Origin: Phoronis australis
Lineage: Eukaryota; Animalia; Phoronida
Reading direction: 5' to 3'
Length of the DNA stretch: 64,000 nt
NCBI GenBank assembly: GCA_002633005.1
Contig: NMRA01000043.1
Span: 1,264,949-1,328,948, forward strand
Part shown: positions 51,743 to 64,000 of the stretch, one piece after another
How the letters are laid out: each line of letters begins with the position of its first letter
How positions within the stretch are numbered: position 1 is the stretch's first letter
Position numbers and translations under genes: made by a program
Notes under the pieces: generated by a model
The model's input: only the letters and a program-made list of their open reading frames with translations
Told to the model about the DNA's origin: nothing
The model's database searches: none

Positions 51743-52820
51743 AACAAAATACAGAACAAGTAAAAATTAAGTCAATCACTGTAATTTGCCTACTTGAGTT
51801 AGCGGCGCTGCGTCCGTCTCTCACGGACTTCAGCTTGGCTAGTGATGTTTTTATCGTTTTGGCCAATAGGTGACGTTTTAAACAGTCGACGTGGTATCGA
51901 TGTGATGTAATGGGGAAACCAAGCGCGGCCTTTTCGCGATCCAGACAGGAACCGTAAGTGTGACAGTTGGTTTATTCCTATAAATCTGAAAATTTAGAAC
52001 ATTTATTTTGGGATTGTTTTTTGTTAAGCCTTTTTGTAAAAGAATAGCTGAATATTATATTCACGCAAAAATGTCGATATATCGATAGATTTTCAGACTG
52101 TCGTATTTGGTCGGTAAAATTGGAAAGCGAATGAATTGTTGAATCTTATTATCATTCTTTTGGCCAAAAAGCATACGTAGTGTAGAAAGCTGAAAGTAGA
52201 TCTTCCATCTATAACACTTTTCAAAAACGAATTAGAAATTAAGTTCACATTCGAAAGATATAATTATTGTAAAAATGATTAGGAGACATAGGCCTATTTC
52301 CTCAAAGATGGTCTGTTTTTTCCTCTTTAAAAAGAAACTACAGATAAGAAAAGTACATTTGGTGTTTTTGGTTTGTGAAATTGAGTTCTCGGTGAAATGT
52401 GTGCATGCATGTCTGAGTGATGTGTCATTGGGGATTTCTGTCTTTGTACTGTGTTATTATTGTTTCAATTCAATAAATGTTAAAAAGTGTGTCGGACAGT
52501 TAGAACCTTAACCCACGTTATTTATTCTGGGAGGGGCGCTCGATGCGTTCGTGGAGAGATTCTTTTGGCACCTCTGCTGAACCAAAGAGCTCTCCACGAA
52601 CGCTTAAAGCACCCGTCTATGAATAAACAAGGTTAATAAAGTTCCAACTATCTCACTTAGTGTATTTACTCGATGCTGCGTCATCTGGGTAAATCGCCAC
52701 CTATTGGCCAGAACGATAATAATACACCATCTAAGTAGAAGTACGTGAGAGACGGACGCAACGTTGCTAACGCGAGTAAGCAAATTCCAGTATTTGTTTA
52801 ATTTTTTCTGTATTTTGTTA
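51743..52820. repeat. Diverged inverted repeat pair (51743-51900 and 52670-52820)
   Basis: aatttgcctacttgagttagcggcgctgcgtccgtctctcacggactt...atcgttttggccaataggtg matches the reverse complement of cacctattggccagaacgat...aagtacgtgagagacggacgcaacgttgctaacgcgagtaagcaaatt. Confidence 0.85.
52498..52650. mobile_element. Hairpin/MITE-like palindromic element
   Basis: Arms agtt.gaac..taacc..tttattc..gcgttcgtggagag / ctctccacgaacgc..gaataaa..ggtta..gttccaact; the 14-bp core arm is perfect. Confidence 0.6.
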
Positions 52821-54851
52821 CCTCAACTGGATGTCTCTAAACTTTCATGTTTTGATCATCATGAATATTACAGGTAATACAAACCCTGTGAATTAAAAAA
52901 ACATACCCAGCGACTGAAATCAAAGCATAAAACTGAGACGCGATGTCTGTTTCCACGAAGGCCTTCGTCGTTATTCGATCGGAACGCAGTACGTACAGTA
53001 CAACTAGACTCACGATTAAACAAACGATAACTACGACTAAAAAACTTGGTACCGGCCTGACACCTCGTGTTCTTCTGCTTGCTCGTGTATAAGGGGCTAC
53101 AGGTTTTCGTCCGCTTTTTCATGTTTGCAGGGACTGGATTGAGTGCATGCCTTTCATTCCCCGTTTGGTTCGTTAGAAGACAGTCCCGTTCTGGTACAGT
53201 GGAGTCACCTTACTGCCATACCGCATACCCGTAAAAACGCAGATATTGTCATTGAAAAATGAGCAAAATTTGATTCTCACCTAGTTATTATGACATGCAC
53301 CTCCGCTTTTCTATCTGAAAACCAACTTCATTCCTTATGCAAAATTCCTGTGTTCATTTGCATTATCGGTAAAAAAATAGCGAATTCCTTTCTCATTCTC
53401 ATCGAGATTAAAGAAAAATGATGATTTCGAACTACACGAAGTATCACATGACTAATTTAATAATGAATGAGAACTCGATATATATAAGTTCTCCGCATTG
53501 AATATTTGTACAGGAACGCGTCTACCACTGAGCCTATAACTATCATCTTGCCCTAAGTTGAGTTCCGTATACACAAGAATCTCGCTAGTAAAGCTAGTGC
53601 GGTTACGTTCTTCGCTTGCAGTGCATGGTGATATCTCGTGAAGTCGTGGGTGGTCTTGCGTTCTTGCGAGGTTCCCTCGTCCACGGAAAGCTACCCGGCC
53701 TGCTCCACGCAGCAACGATAGTCTCTAAGTCGGAACCCGCTTAATAGTCCAGTCATTCTAGGGCTCCAGAGGGCCCAACCTAGAAAAAATTGCAACAGAA
53801 GGTTTTTTTGCATAAATGGCATCTTCAAACATCCCTTGGTGTCAGAAAAAAAATCTACCGAAATCGGAGTGGCGGAAGTCGGTTTTTCAAGATGGCGGAA
53901 AAATGGCCGACAAAACCGGTGATTACTGTTTTCTGGCATATTACTCTTATGAAACAGCTAAAAATAAAACAATAAAGTTTGTCATTGATTATATACTTTT
54001 CATAACAGGCATACCAATCAAAAGATGCCAATTTTCCGTAACATAAAACCAATATGGCCGACAAAATGGCGGCCGAAAGGGCAATTTGGTACATGTTGCA
54101 AGATTTCTTTTCATATTTTGCCCTGAAAATGGCAAAAGTTTTATTCTTTTGTAAGTTAGACAATTTAAAATATCTGTACCTTACAATTGGTCACTGGTTT
54201 GCGAGAAAAAAATCAAGATGGCTGGCAAAATGGCCGCCAAAATGGCTGCCAATTCACAAACCCCAATTTACCGCATTTACTTTCTGCAAACTTTGTTTGT
54301 AACCTGATACGCATTTGCACAAAAACAACTTACAATCTACAGTCAGGGTTAATGAGTTGACTGTTTCTATAATTTCTTTTTAAGATTTATATACTAAATG
54401 TGGAATTTTAATCACAATTTAGATTATATAACATAAAAATTGGTGTGTTTTTCAGAAAAGGCTTTAGTTAAATTTTTATTATAAATTTCACAAACTCTAT
54501 TATTTTTCTGTAAAATATATTCATTTGAGGTATCAAAAATAATATTTGTTAGAAAAACATGTTAATCTGGTGGAGTTATTAGCTTATTCATTATACAAAC
54601 CCTTAATAAAATTGGGCTTGAAGTGGCTTCTTTCTCTGCTATTGGAGATATTATTAGTTGTTCCCAAGCATCGATTTCGTCTGCTGCTGGCATGTATTGA
54701 GAATTAGCTGCTGATTTCACCTGAATTTGATGAAAAGCAAATAGGATTGTGTAACAAAAAGTTATTAATTACATTTTAATAGTTAGGACCCACAATTTGG
54801 TTAATATGCATGATTTTTATAAATAAATTCAACTGATTTTAGAGGAAATTA

Positions 54852-57606
54852 GTGCCTGCAAACAAAACGATAGTGATCTGCTGTCACTTGTTCTTAGCCA
54901 GGCTTGGAAGATTTCATACTGAGATAAGCTTTCTGAGATGTATTGGATACATAATTTCAGGCACAGTGCTTCAAGAAGTTCTTGAGACGGTGCATGCATC
55001 AAACAGTGTGATCCTTATGTTAAATGGAAGAAGTGTGGATAGAGCAGTGAGGGGGCATATGTTGGTAGACTCAGCACTGAATGCTATCATAAAAGCCAGA
55101 ACATTCAACATCCCACTTCCAAATATTGACAGATCAAGTAACGCCAATCCAAAACCAATGAAGAAATAAATTCAGGTTCTTCAGAAATTCCAGGAGTCCG
55201 GAATGTCACCAATACAGAACACACAGATTATATGCCAAGAGGTGGAGCAGTTCAATGCTTGTACACAAATTTTGGCTCGTCAGAATTTGGAGACAGATTC
55301 TTCAGACATCTCAGACATCCCAACTGATCACATAACTAGATGTATACTATGGAGCATGCCATGTCCAGCCAGTGTCTTCTGATTCTGAACCTTGGATTAC
55401 AGTGGAATGCCCTCACGAGAGTTCACTTCTGGTTTCCGACCTAGTGCCATTGGTATATTCAAAAATGATTGAATCAGAGGATAGGTCTTCAGAATCCACA
55501 GTGACAGAGAATAGTTCGTCAGAAGAATCAATGGCCAATGATATTCTTCATGATGATGTGAGAGCTGGTCTGAAGAGGTATGATGATCTTATTGCTGGCA
55601 TGACGTCTGTGTGCGACGATGTATGCTCGTCGGAGTGTCTTGCGGGTATCCATAAAAAATCAAAGCACATAAATCAGACTTGTCCATGCAAAGTCCAATC
55701 ATTAGTCTTTGACTACAGTATATGAAGGTGATTGACATCCTTCGACTTTTTTAAAAGCAGAAATAACGTCAGATTGGGAGCTTCACCTAAAAGTAGTTTT
55801 TGAAATGCTGCCTTACTGTGCCGCTGCTGGTCACAACTCTTATGCAAAATCTTCATACATATACTTGACTGAAGCAGACGTAGCAACTCAAAGACACCCG
55901 TCCAGACGTCTACGGCCATCAAACCATAAGACAAAGTGACAGATTCTGGGCAGGCTTGTCATAATGAGATAAGACCTTGTAATTGAACAAATACTCATGA
56001 AAAGCATTAAAACAACAGGAGGTTTAACTTGAAGTTTCGAAATGGGAGATACACAGAGTGCACTGTGGCTGCTTTCCTTGCCGGCATGCTCAAGTATAAA
56101 TGGTGCCATGCAGACTATGACAAACTTGAGTTGTGAAACAAGTCAGCAGCATAAAGAATGTACCCAGGCAAGACAGTCGCGTGACGACAAAGACATCTGC
56201 AGCATTGTTGAATTCATGCTGCTAACAGTAATTTTACACAAGTGGATCCACGACTGCTATTTCAGCGAATCCTGACAGCTGCAAAAGACAACAGTAAAAG
56301 TTCATCAAGCCTTTTGAAGTTTGAGCTGTGTGTTGGTTCCCCTGTTCTTTTTGATACATTTGGTCTTCCCCGAGTCGCTAATAAATCAATATGAGCTGAT
56401 GCACTCTGGTCCAGTGGAGGACTACCTGAGGATTTCAATTTCCAGCAAACACGGTGATGCATGTAATCGACGGCGGTTCTTTCCTTCACCGTATTCCATG
56501 GCCTAGAGGTGCAACGTATCAGTCATTTGGTAGAGCTTATGTGGATTACATCAGCAAGTGCACCCAGCCTATTGTTGTTTTTGATGGTTACTGAGATGGA
56601 CCATCAACTAAAGATGTCTTTCATGTTCGAAGACTGGGTGGGGTGGTTGGAACTGAAGTTCACTTCAATGGTGACATGGTGATCAAGTAAAAAAGGAACA
56701 TTTTTGGCAAAAAGCAAAAACAAACGATTCACTCACTTCTTGTCAAGTTTGCTAGGAAATGCTGGTTGCACAGTGGTACAAGCTCAAGGTGACACAGATG
56801 TTTTAATTGTAGAAACAGCAGTAGAGAACGCAGCACAAGGTCCAACTACCCTTATTGCAGACGATACAGACTTGTTGGTTCTTTTGCGTTACCATGCTAC
56901 TTCACAACAAATTTCATGTTCATGAAATTTGACAAGAGACACCAAAGCAAGAGGAGAGTCTGGGACATCAAGGAACTACAGTTGTCTCTTGGTGCCGAAA
57001 CTTGCGCAGTTTTGCCATTTGCGCATGCAATAGGTGGTTGCAACACAACATTACAGCTGTTCGGTATTAGCAAAGGCTCTCCCATTCAAGAAACTGCGTG
57101 ATCGAGAATTCTGCAAAAACTCTGGTAAGAGTATTCACTAGACACATGCAGCTGAAGCAAGACATATTTGAAGCTGGTAAGAGTTGTATCTGTGCTTCAT
57201 GGCGGTACTGGCTCTGGAAATTTGGATGACTTGCGATACAGGCAATTTGTGGATGAGGTGTCAGACTAGCCACAGTCCAAATACAGTCATTATCACCAAC
57301 TTTCTTCAGTAGCTAAATTCCGTGCTGCCGGGACATATTATCAAGAGCAAGAGCGGTCAATTTTCCGTGGCAGTGGCCTAGACTCGCTGTATTGGGGATG
57401 GATGATGGCAGGTGGAAAATTCATTCCCACGATGACGTACCATTCAGCAGCACCAGAGAACCTGCTGAAAGTAGTGAGATGCTCGGGTAAGACCAACTGC
57501 AGTTGCAAGAGATGTTCTTGCAGGAAGTTAGGATAGCCGTACTCGGTTGCATGTGGAGAATGCCGTGGTTTTAGCTGCAGCAATTCATTCCGAGTTGACA
57601 GAGATT
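54852..57606 (+). pseudogene. AcademX transposase pseudogene (transposase, XPG/PIN-like nuclease, Cys-rich zinc finger)
   Basis: Fragments in order: RLGRFHTEISFL.CIG...LQEVLE...ML.GRSVDRAVRGH; AAGHNSYAKS; DLVIEQILMKSIKTTGGLT; VVFDGY..GPSTKD; QAQGDTDVLIV...DDTDLLVLL; FAHAIGGCNTT..LFG; WGW...AAPENLLKVVRC...CSCKRCSCRK...ACGECRG.SC.N. Many stops and frameshifts; the N-terminal part is absent. Confidence 0.85.
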
Positions 57607-57804
57607 AGTTGTGTAAATACTGGTTGATTGTGTATAGATTCACTAGCATTTACAACTAACTGGAAGTGACACAGACAGTGTGGATAGTAGATCACTGAAT
57701 TAATTGCAGAGAGTTATTTTCAATACAGCATATTTTTTCAGGAGGAAAATGATCCTTCAGCTCAGGCAAACCTGATGTTTTTGACCCAAATAAGTTATTC
57801 GTTA

Positions 57805-58575
57805 AACCATCTTGAAAATGGTAGTCGTAATCATCAAGAGCCAGACAAAAATTATTGTAATGGATGTGCTGACTTAAAAAACTCAGGATATGGCGTGTCT
57901 CTGGAATCTGAAGTTCTTACACGAAGCAACTATTTGGTGGCCATCTTAGAAAATGGTGGAAGTAATCATTAGAGCCAAACGCAATGAGTCTAAATGGATT
58001 AGCCGACCCAGAAAACCTATGATACTTGAAGCAAGGCGACACATTAATCTGTTTGTGCGAAGTTGTGCGATTCGGAATAGTTTTGAAGGCCATCTTTGAA
58101 AATGGCTGATGGTGTCACCACGGCCATGCAAAACTTTTCCAATGGATTTGTTGACCCACAAAAGATAGGTAAACATTTTTGAATTTTTACTCTATCACAT
58201 TCCACTCTCGAGTTATAATAATCATCTGCAAATCTGGCGGCCATTTTGTCCGCCATCTTGGAAATGGTGGAAGTAATCATTAGTGCCAAATGCAATGAGT
58301 CTCAATGGATTAGTCGACCCAGAAAACCTATGATGCGATGTTTGAAGCAAGACGACACACTAATCTGTTCGTGTGAAGTTGTGCGACTCAAGTAGATTTG
58401 GCGGCCATCTTGGAAAATGGCGGACGGTGTCACCACAGCCATGTAAAACCATTTCCAATGGATTTTTTGACCCACAAAACATAGGTAAACCTTTTTGAAT
58501 TTTTACTCTATCACATTCCACTCTTGAGTTATAGTGCGCATCAGAAAATCTGGCGGCCATTTTGTCCGCCATCTT
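57805..58575. repeat. Subterminal ~300-bp direct repeats of the Academ element, rich in gccatcttg(g)aaaatgg
   Basis: ~57937-58245 and ~58246-58575 are near copies, with a more diverged partial copy at 57805-57936. Confidence 0.85.
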
Positions 58576-59841
58576 GAAAAACCAACTTCCGCCACTCCGA
58601 TTCCGGTAGACTTTTTTTTTGTCACTAAGGGGTGTGAAAGGATACGATTTATGCAATAAAACCTTCTGTTGCAATTTTTTCCGGGTTATCCGTAGAATGA
58701 CTGGACTATAATGGAGTATCCCGCTTCTCATAATTTACGTCGAAACCGAGGGTATGACATTAAGCGGCTACATCGTACCGGAATTTTCCTTGGGCATTTA
58801 TTCGGCATACTTTTCCGAATAAACTCCCATGGGCGTTTCATCGGGTGGGCTTATCTACAGAAAATCCCGGTACCACAAAATGTCGACATCGTAAACCTTT
58901 TGAATGTACCTTGAACTTGGCAAATAGGAAGAAAAGAAAGACAGCCCTATCGGCCCTAATTGATATCCCAAAAGCTAATTTACGTGGTCAAACAAATTAC
59001 AGACTGACTACGACAATACAACGATAAAATATGCCTACAGGCTGAAATTAATCCAGTATGTACTGAAAAGAGTTTTGGCTTTTCAAACTTCTTTCTCTTT
59101 CAAATTAGGTCAGTAGTGAATATGTAGAGAATAGTTCCACTGGATGTCTGTAACATAGCTCTTTGAAGTCACCATCACAGTCACTAGATGTTCACATGAA
59201 GCGCCTCCTAGAGGTAGACTAGTTTGCGTGCGTCCCAGTTTTTATGAATGGCCTCCATCCGAGTCTTTTCAGACCGTGCATTTCACCCGTCCATATTGTC
59301 ATGCACGAGAGGATAATATAACTGTCGCTGAAAAAGTGAACGCGTGAATTTGGAAGTCATTGACAGAATGACTGTCGTATAATGTGTGGTATGAGTTCAT
59401 TTTGCAATAGTTAACGGTAAACATATAAGCGTGTCGTGATCATGTTTAGTAGTTGACTGTGCCGACTACTTAGTTTTGACTTATCAACGTTCGTGTGAAT
59501 CTTACAGCACTTCTCGCCAACTCAAAATCACAATTTCCCCCAAACTCAACATCTCATTGGTGTGTTTCATGAATTTTGATGATAAACACCGCCCCCCGAT
59601 TGGGCGGACGACGTGGTGCGACTGACAGTAACGTGTTCTACCATAGACTGCATTATCCACGCGTGCATTTCAACACGTATGAACGACTGAAAGACACGCG
59701 TTCTCAAAAGAACACTATAGCGTTCCGTAAATTCCGTGTTGCCTCCGTCAGGTAGACAGACGTGTTAATGGGGTGAGTTTGACCGGTCGGAGACACTTTA
59801 GTTTTCCTGTTCTCCAGAAAAAAAAATCCCCGACAATGTCT

Positions 59842-62800
59842 TTAAAAGACTACTCCCACTCCTCTAGCTTGTTTCAGGAAGACTAACATACATTCTCGTA
59901 GACACGCGTGACAGTATTTGTCGTTGTTGGGATATTGGTAGACGGCTGTGTCACAACGCCGCGCACACTCCTTACGGCAAGTCAGGAAGGCACGAATTTT
60001 TCCTAAAATCAAAAAAGAGAAATTTTTCAGTACCATAACAACTAGTGAACAACAAAATCGTTATTTCGTGTGTGTTAAGCACACCAACTGCAGTGGCTTA
60101 ATTTCCAACTGTGACTGCAGAAAACATCCTTTTCACTACTTATTTAAAATCAAAAGCACTCCCACAGTAATATCTGGACCAGTGTCTGTGAAGTTGAAAC
60201 TATGATTCGTGAATTTCGCTTTAGACTAAAATGAGAGCCTGGGCTGGGTAAGTTTGATTGTTGCATGACGTCAGGCGCATTTTTCAACGTGACTCGTGAT
60301 AATGCGACGTCAGTGTAGTATACGGCGTATGACTTTTACGCAAGTGGGCCCTGCCGGTCATAGCTAAGTGCTTTGTGCGAAATGACTAAGGCGGTCGTAT
60401 CTTGAATATCTTTAGGCAAACAATTCATCACCCTGATTGATGGAAATTATGATCACATGTATATGGAACGTTTAGCTCTTACAGAAAATACTAAGCCGCC
60501 TTCGCAATTACATACGTGCCAAAGACCGTCTTAGCAACGACTACCAATACATTTGTTGAAACGGGCACCCAAAGTGCTCGGTTGCATGAAACAGCTCGAA
60601 AATAGAGATTCAAATTGGTTACCGAAATCTTTTGCATATTTGTGTTGGTCTTTACTTTCAGATTTAATCCTTTGCTGTCAATTTGTAGTTTATGAGATAC
60701 TCTTAAACTAACGACATTCTATAAAATTATATCTAAAAACTGAGCCCTTAGTTGAACGAAAATCAATAGGTATTTAATCTTTAAATTAGGCGCGTTGCAT
60801 GAAAAGATCCCTACTTATTTTCAATAATATTGACAATTCAACGTACATGTATAGTAGACCTCACTCTCGATTTGTATCTGGGATCTATTCTGAATCTTAG
60901 CTAGTTTGTATCAAAGCCAAAATTGACCTTACCAGCACTGAAACTAAAACACCATAAGACAGGACAATCTGTGTTTTCGCAAGTACGCAGTAGTTTTTGG
61001 GACCTTCATTGAGCCTCTATGTTATTTGGAAGCGTTTCTTGCAACCGGACCCAGAAGCCCAAAATGCCCTAGAAATAGGAGGTTTATTCAGCTTGTTGAT
61101 AAAACGTCACAAGTCTGTTTTTATGTAACATTGAAACCGTCTTAGTAACCTAATCGGAGCGGCATTTAAGCATTTTAATATGTTCAAGGAAAATTTGACC
61201 TTAGCAATGTTGAAAGTGCATTTTGGGCGTTATTGTTGAGTACATGATTTGATTTACATGCGTAATGTACGCGCGCAAAATTTCAATTATTGCGGATGCG
61301 TGTAATATTTTTTACTGACGCACGTAATTTTCGTAGCCTAAGTAACATTCACCGTTTGACCAACAAAAGTTCAGAATTCCACTTCGCTTTTCTTAGATTT
61401 TGTCCATTGGGTTTCCTGTTGTTCGAACCACTCGCATGATGATCGTCCTTCTAGCACGGTGATTCAGTCAGCAACACTCATCTGTCTCGGCCCGGACATT
61501 TTCTGGTACTATCATTAACGAACGACTTCTCCTTCTCATGTATATAGATAAATAATTGTAAATTTTAGTATAGTACTCTGTTCTTTGCTTCGCCATTTCA
61601 GGGCCCTTTGTACTCGAAACGAACTCGAAACTAGCAATTCCTCTGCTACTTTTGTGCGAGCTCAAGATAAGTGGTTATTAGACGGTGCTCGAATACATTA
61701 TAGTTTACGCATACGAGTTTCTAGTCCAAGTTTGCACTTGATGACACTTACATTCGTGTTACAAACTCAAGTAAAACTTGAAATTTTGAGTTCAAACTTG
61801 AACCTTTGCCCTTACGCCGGGTTTATCAACTGCAAACTTAAAGGACTAAAAATTATCCACGTAAGTCATTATGTACTCGAGCATAGAATAATAAACACTT
61901 ATCTTGAATTCTCAGAAAAGTAGAGTAGAAAATGGCAAACATAATTTCGAGCTCCATTTCGAGTAAAAAGATTAGAATCCTGGCCCAGAATTCAGAATGG
62001 TTTCCATAGGCTGACCCCTCTACGGACACGACCAAAAATGCCGTCGACATGCTGATTTTACGACCTACACGAGCGTTTTCCTTCGAATATTGTGGTAATC
62101 CCCCTTACGATATCCTAGATTCACCAGTGTGTTCAAATGAAAGACATACCTGGGTACAATATTCCTAAATAATCGCGTTTTCCAATGAATTTAGTTAGGT
62201 ACAAACAGTTGAGTTCAAAGTCATCTGTTCGTCGGCCATGTTGTTGGTGCTTCAACATAAATTAAAAATCAAAAAATGAAACTTTACAACAAAGTAAAGT
62301 TAATTGAAGCGCAATGATTGTCTTGAACAAATATGCGATCACAGATGGAATTCAAAAAGTAAGATTTATTTGTTGTCAGATTTTGGTCAAAATTAAAGCT
62401 AAAATGTCGACCTTAACCAAAGAACGCCCAAAATACGTACTCGGCACATAAACCTGATTTAACTTAGCCTCGTGTTGTGAAAATGTATGCTTACTTCGGT
62501 CTAGATGCCATTGAACGGATGTGATTTTCGAAGGCCACTCTATTACGCCGACTTATCCATGACGATTTGATGACACACGATATAATTGTAGTCACTGATC
62601 GATGTTTTGAAAGAGAGTACGGAAATCTACAAAGTGTCCGATATCTGTGAATCAGATTGTATTTGATTTAATGCATGAATTAGGAACGAGATGGTGAAAT
62701 GTCAATATAAGAAACTACCCTTGAATCCATCTATGGTAGTGTAAAAAGGCAGACGAGAGAGTAGCAGACGAGAATGTGACAGACGCGAGTGTAGCTGCGA

Positions 62801-63393
62801 CGTACATGTATCTTCAGCTGTAACTTATCATTTCTCAAGATTCCTTTAAATTTTGATATTATTATTACTAAGTAAAATTACTTCTGAAATCCAAACAAAG
62901 TTCCACCAAGCAACCAACTGGAACTTTGTATGAATTAAGAAAAATCATATTTTTCAGGATTATTTTTGTGTGAGTTGGACTTGTTTCATTAACTTGACTC
63001 GTTAAATGCCAGTTTGCGTTTGATTGTCCAGATTCAGGCAAATTATTCAGATAATGGCGCAAGTTGAACAGTGAGCTCAAGCGGGCACCTCCCTCTGTTG
63101 TTCACAATTTCTACATCCTTGGAAAGGAATCTTGTGGATAGTAAAATAATAGTCGGCTATTATTAGCCCCGTCAGGCGCCTCGAAATTCACTTAGTGTAA
63201 AAACAAGACTTAGATTGACAACAGCCGTCAAGGACAGAGTAGAGAAGTAGAATCACTACGCATTACTCTAACTCTCCATCAACCTACCGGGGTCACTTTT
63301 GTTGCGTTTCTTGCCTTTGCCAAACCCGTCCGTCGAGGCAAATATCAGGCAAAGAATGAAAAGACTGACGATAGTCCACCTGCTGCACACCAT
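59842..63393 (-). CDS. Small secreted cationic six-cysteine peptide precursor, 88 aa, two coding exons, family not recognised
   Basis: Exon 63288-63393 (acceptor ttttcag at 63411, donor G|GTAGGT, phase 1) joins exon 59842-60002 (acceptor tctcttttttgattttag, phase 1, TAA). Product: MVCSRWTIVSLFILCLIFASTDGFGKGKKRNKSDPGKIRAFLTCRKECARRCDTAVYQYPNNDKYCHACLRECMLVFLKQARGVGVVF. Confidence 0.72.
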
Positions 63394-64000
63394 CTCAACA
63401 ATTACTTGATCTGAAAAAGGCATTTCAGTGAGGATAGTCCAATTAACGATGACTGGCATACACGCTGAGATTGTGCTTGCCAGAATTATTTAAATTTACA
63501 TTGAAGAATTACCCAAAACAAAAAGTCTCTCGCAATGCACTTGACGTGCATACAGTAGCAAGAGCGATATTATAGGCGTTCTAGAATGTTCTTGACCAAT
63601 TGTATTATCATCGTGATCTAAGACATGACACGTTACAGTCTCCTCTTGTTTATTGCCATTAGCCATCGGCACTGATTTTATGAGAAAATCGAAAAAAACG
63701 ATTCAAACTCTGGTCACTCGCGTGATGTACGTCGCTAATCGATTAACTTAATTCCAGAATTCATCTTGTTTTGCTTTTTTATGTTCGTGTAGTTCACACA
63801 AGCGGCCGGGCCTCAGTGGTGCGCACGACTACTTACTATGTATTTACAACAAGGTAGACAATCTTCCTCTCTCACGGCCCGGTGCAGGAGCGTTCTCAAC
63901 AACGTCCTTTTCTCACGAACACAATTTTTTTCTTACCAGCTGTAGGTCCGTTCGCATTAACCGCAGTTCAGTTCCTACAAACTCAGTTCTTTTCTCATTA

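Larger units (their letters stand above)
53745..58708 (+). mobile_element. Academ-superfamily (AcademX-type) DNA transposon, decayed, 4964 bp
   Basis: Termini TAGTCCAGTCATTCTA...TAGAATGACTGGACTA, 3-bp TSD TAA (53742-53744 and 58709-58711), ~160-bp imperfect TIRs, subterminal repeats and internal transposase remnants. Confidence 0.9.

Noticed and set aside
53691-54302. Cluster of short ORFs (MADKMAA...) here and at 57775-58731
   Set aside because: Translations of Academ TIR/subterminal repeats rich in AAAATGGC; not genes.
63288-63393. Signal-peptide exon as an alternative first exon of the C-type lectin gene
   Set aside because: The phase is compatible, but a much closer strong acceptor at 60003 gives a coherent Cys-patterned peptide, and the lectin has its own signal exon. 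Not excluded without RNA data.
1-64000. tRNA, rRNA, snoRNA or SECIS elements
   Set aside because: None recognised by eye; tRNAscan-SE or Infernal would be needed to exclude them.

Overview
Intron-rich, AT-rich animal genomic DNA (invertebrate-like; the taxon is inferred), so most ORF-track entries are exon fragments or repeat read-throughs. Five spliced genes were rebuilt by hand from GT-AG junctions and codon phase. (1) The 3' half of mitochondrial dynamin-like GTPase OPA1 (+, 1-12019), whose first ~2.1 kb is duplicated across a single N, probably an uncollapsed haplotype. (2) A myeloid leukemia factor (MLF) gene (-, 13951-19156). (3) SLC35F6 (+, 21312-30259), head-to-head with MLF. (4) A 464-aa type-I C-type-lectin receptor with a tyrosine-motif-rich tail (-, 34269-45827). 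(5) An 88-aa secreted, cationic six-cysteine peptide I cannot assign to a family (-, 59842-63393). Two decayed DNA transposons have clear ends: an internally deleted Kolobok (THAP + KolX, TTAA TSD) in an SLC35F6 intron and an AcademX element (TAG..CTA ends, TAA TSD). There are many intronic minisatellites, several seeded from exon/donor junctions, and an inverted pair of promoter/first-exon-like modules. Family calls come from recalled motifs, not database searches. I see no unambiguous new multi-gene system; the best novelty candidates are the cysteine-rich peptide and the lectin receptor.
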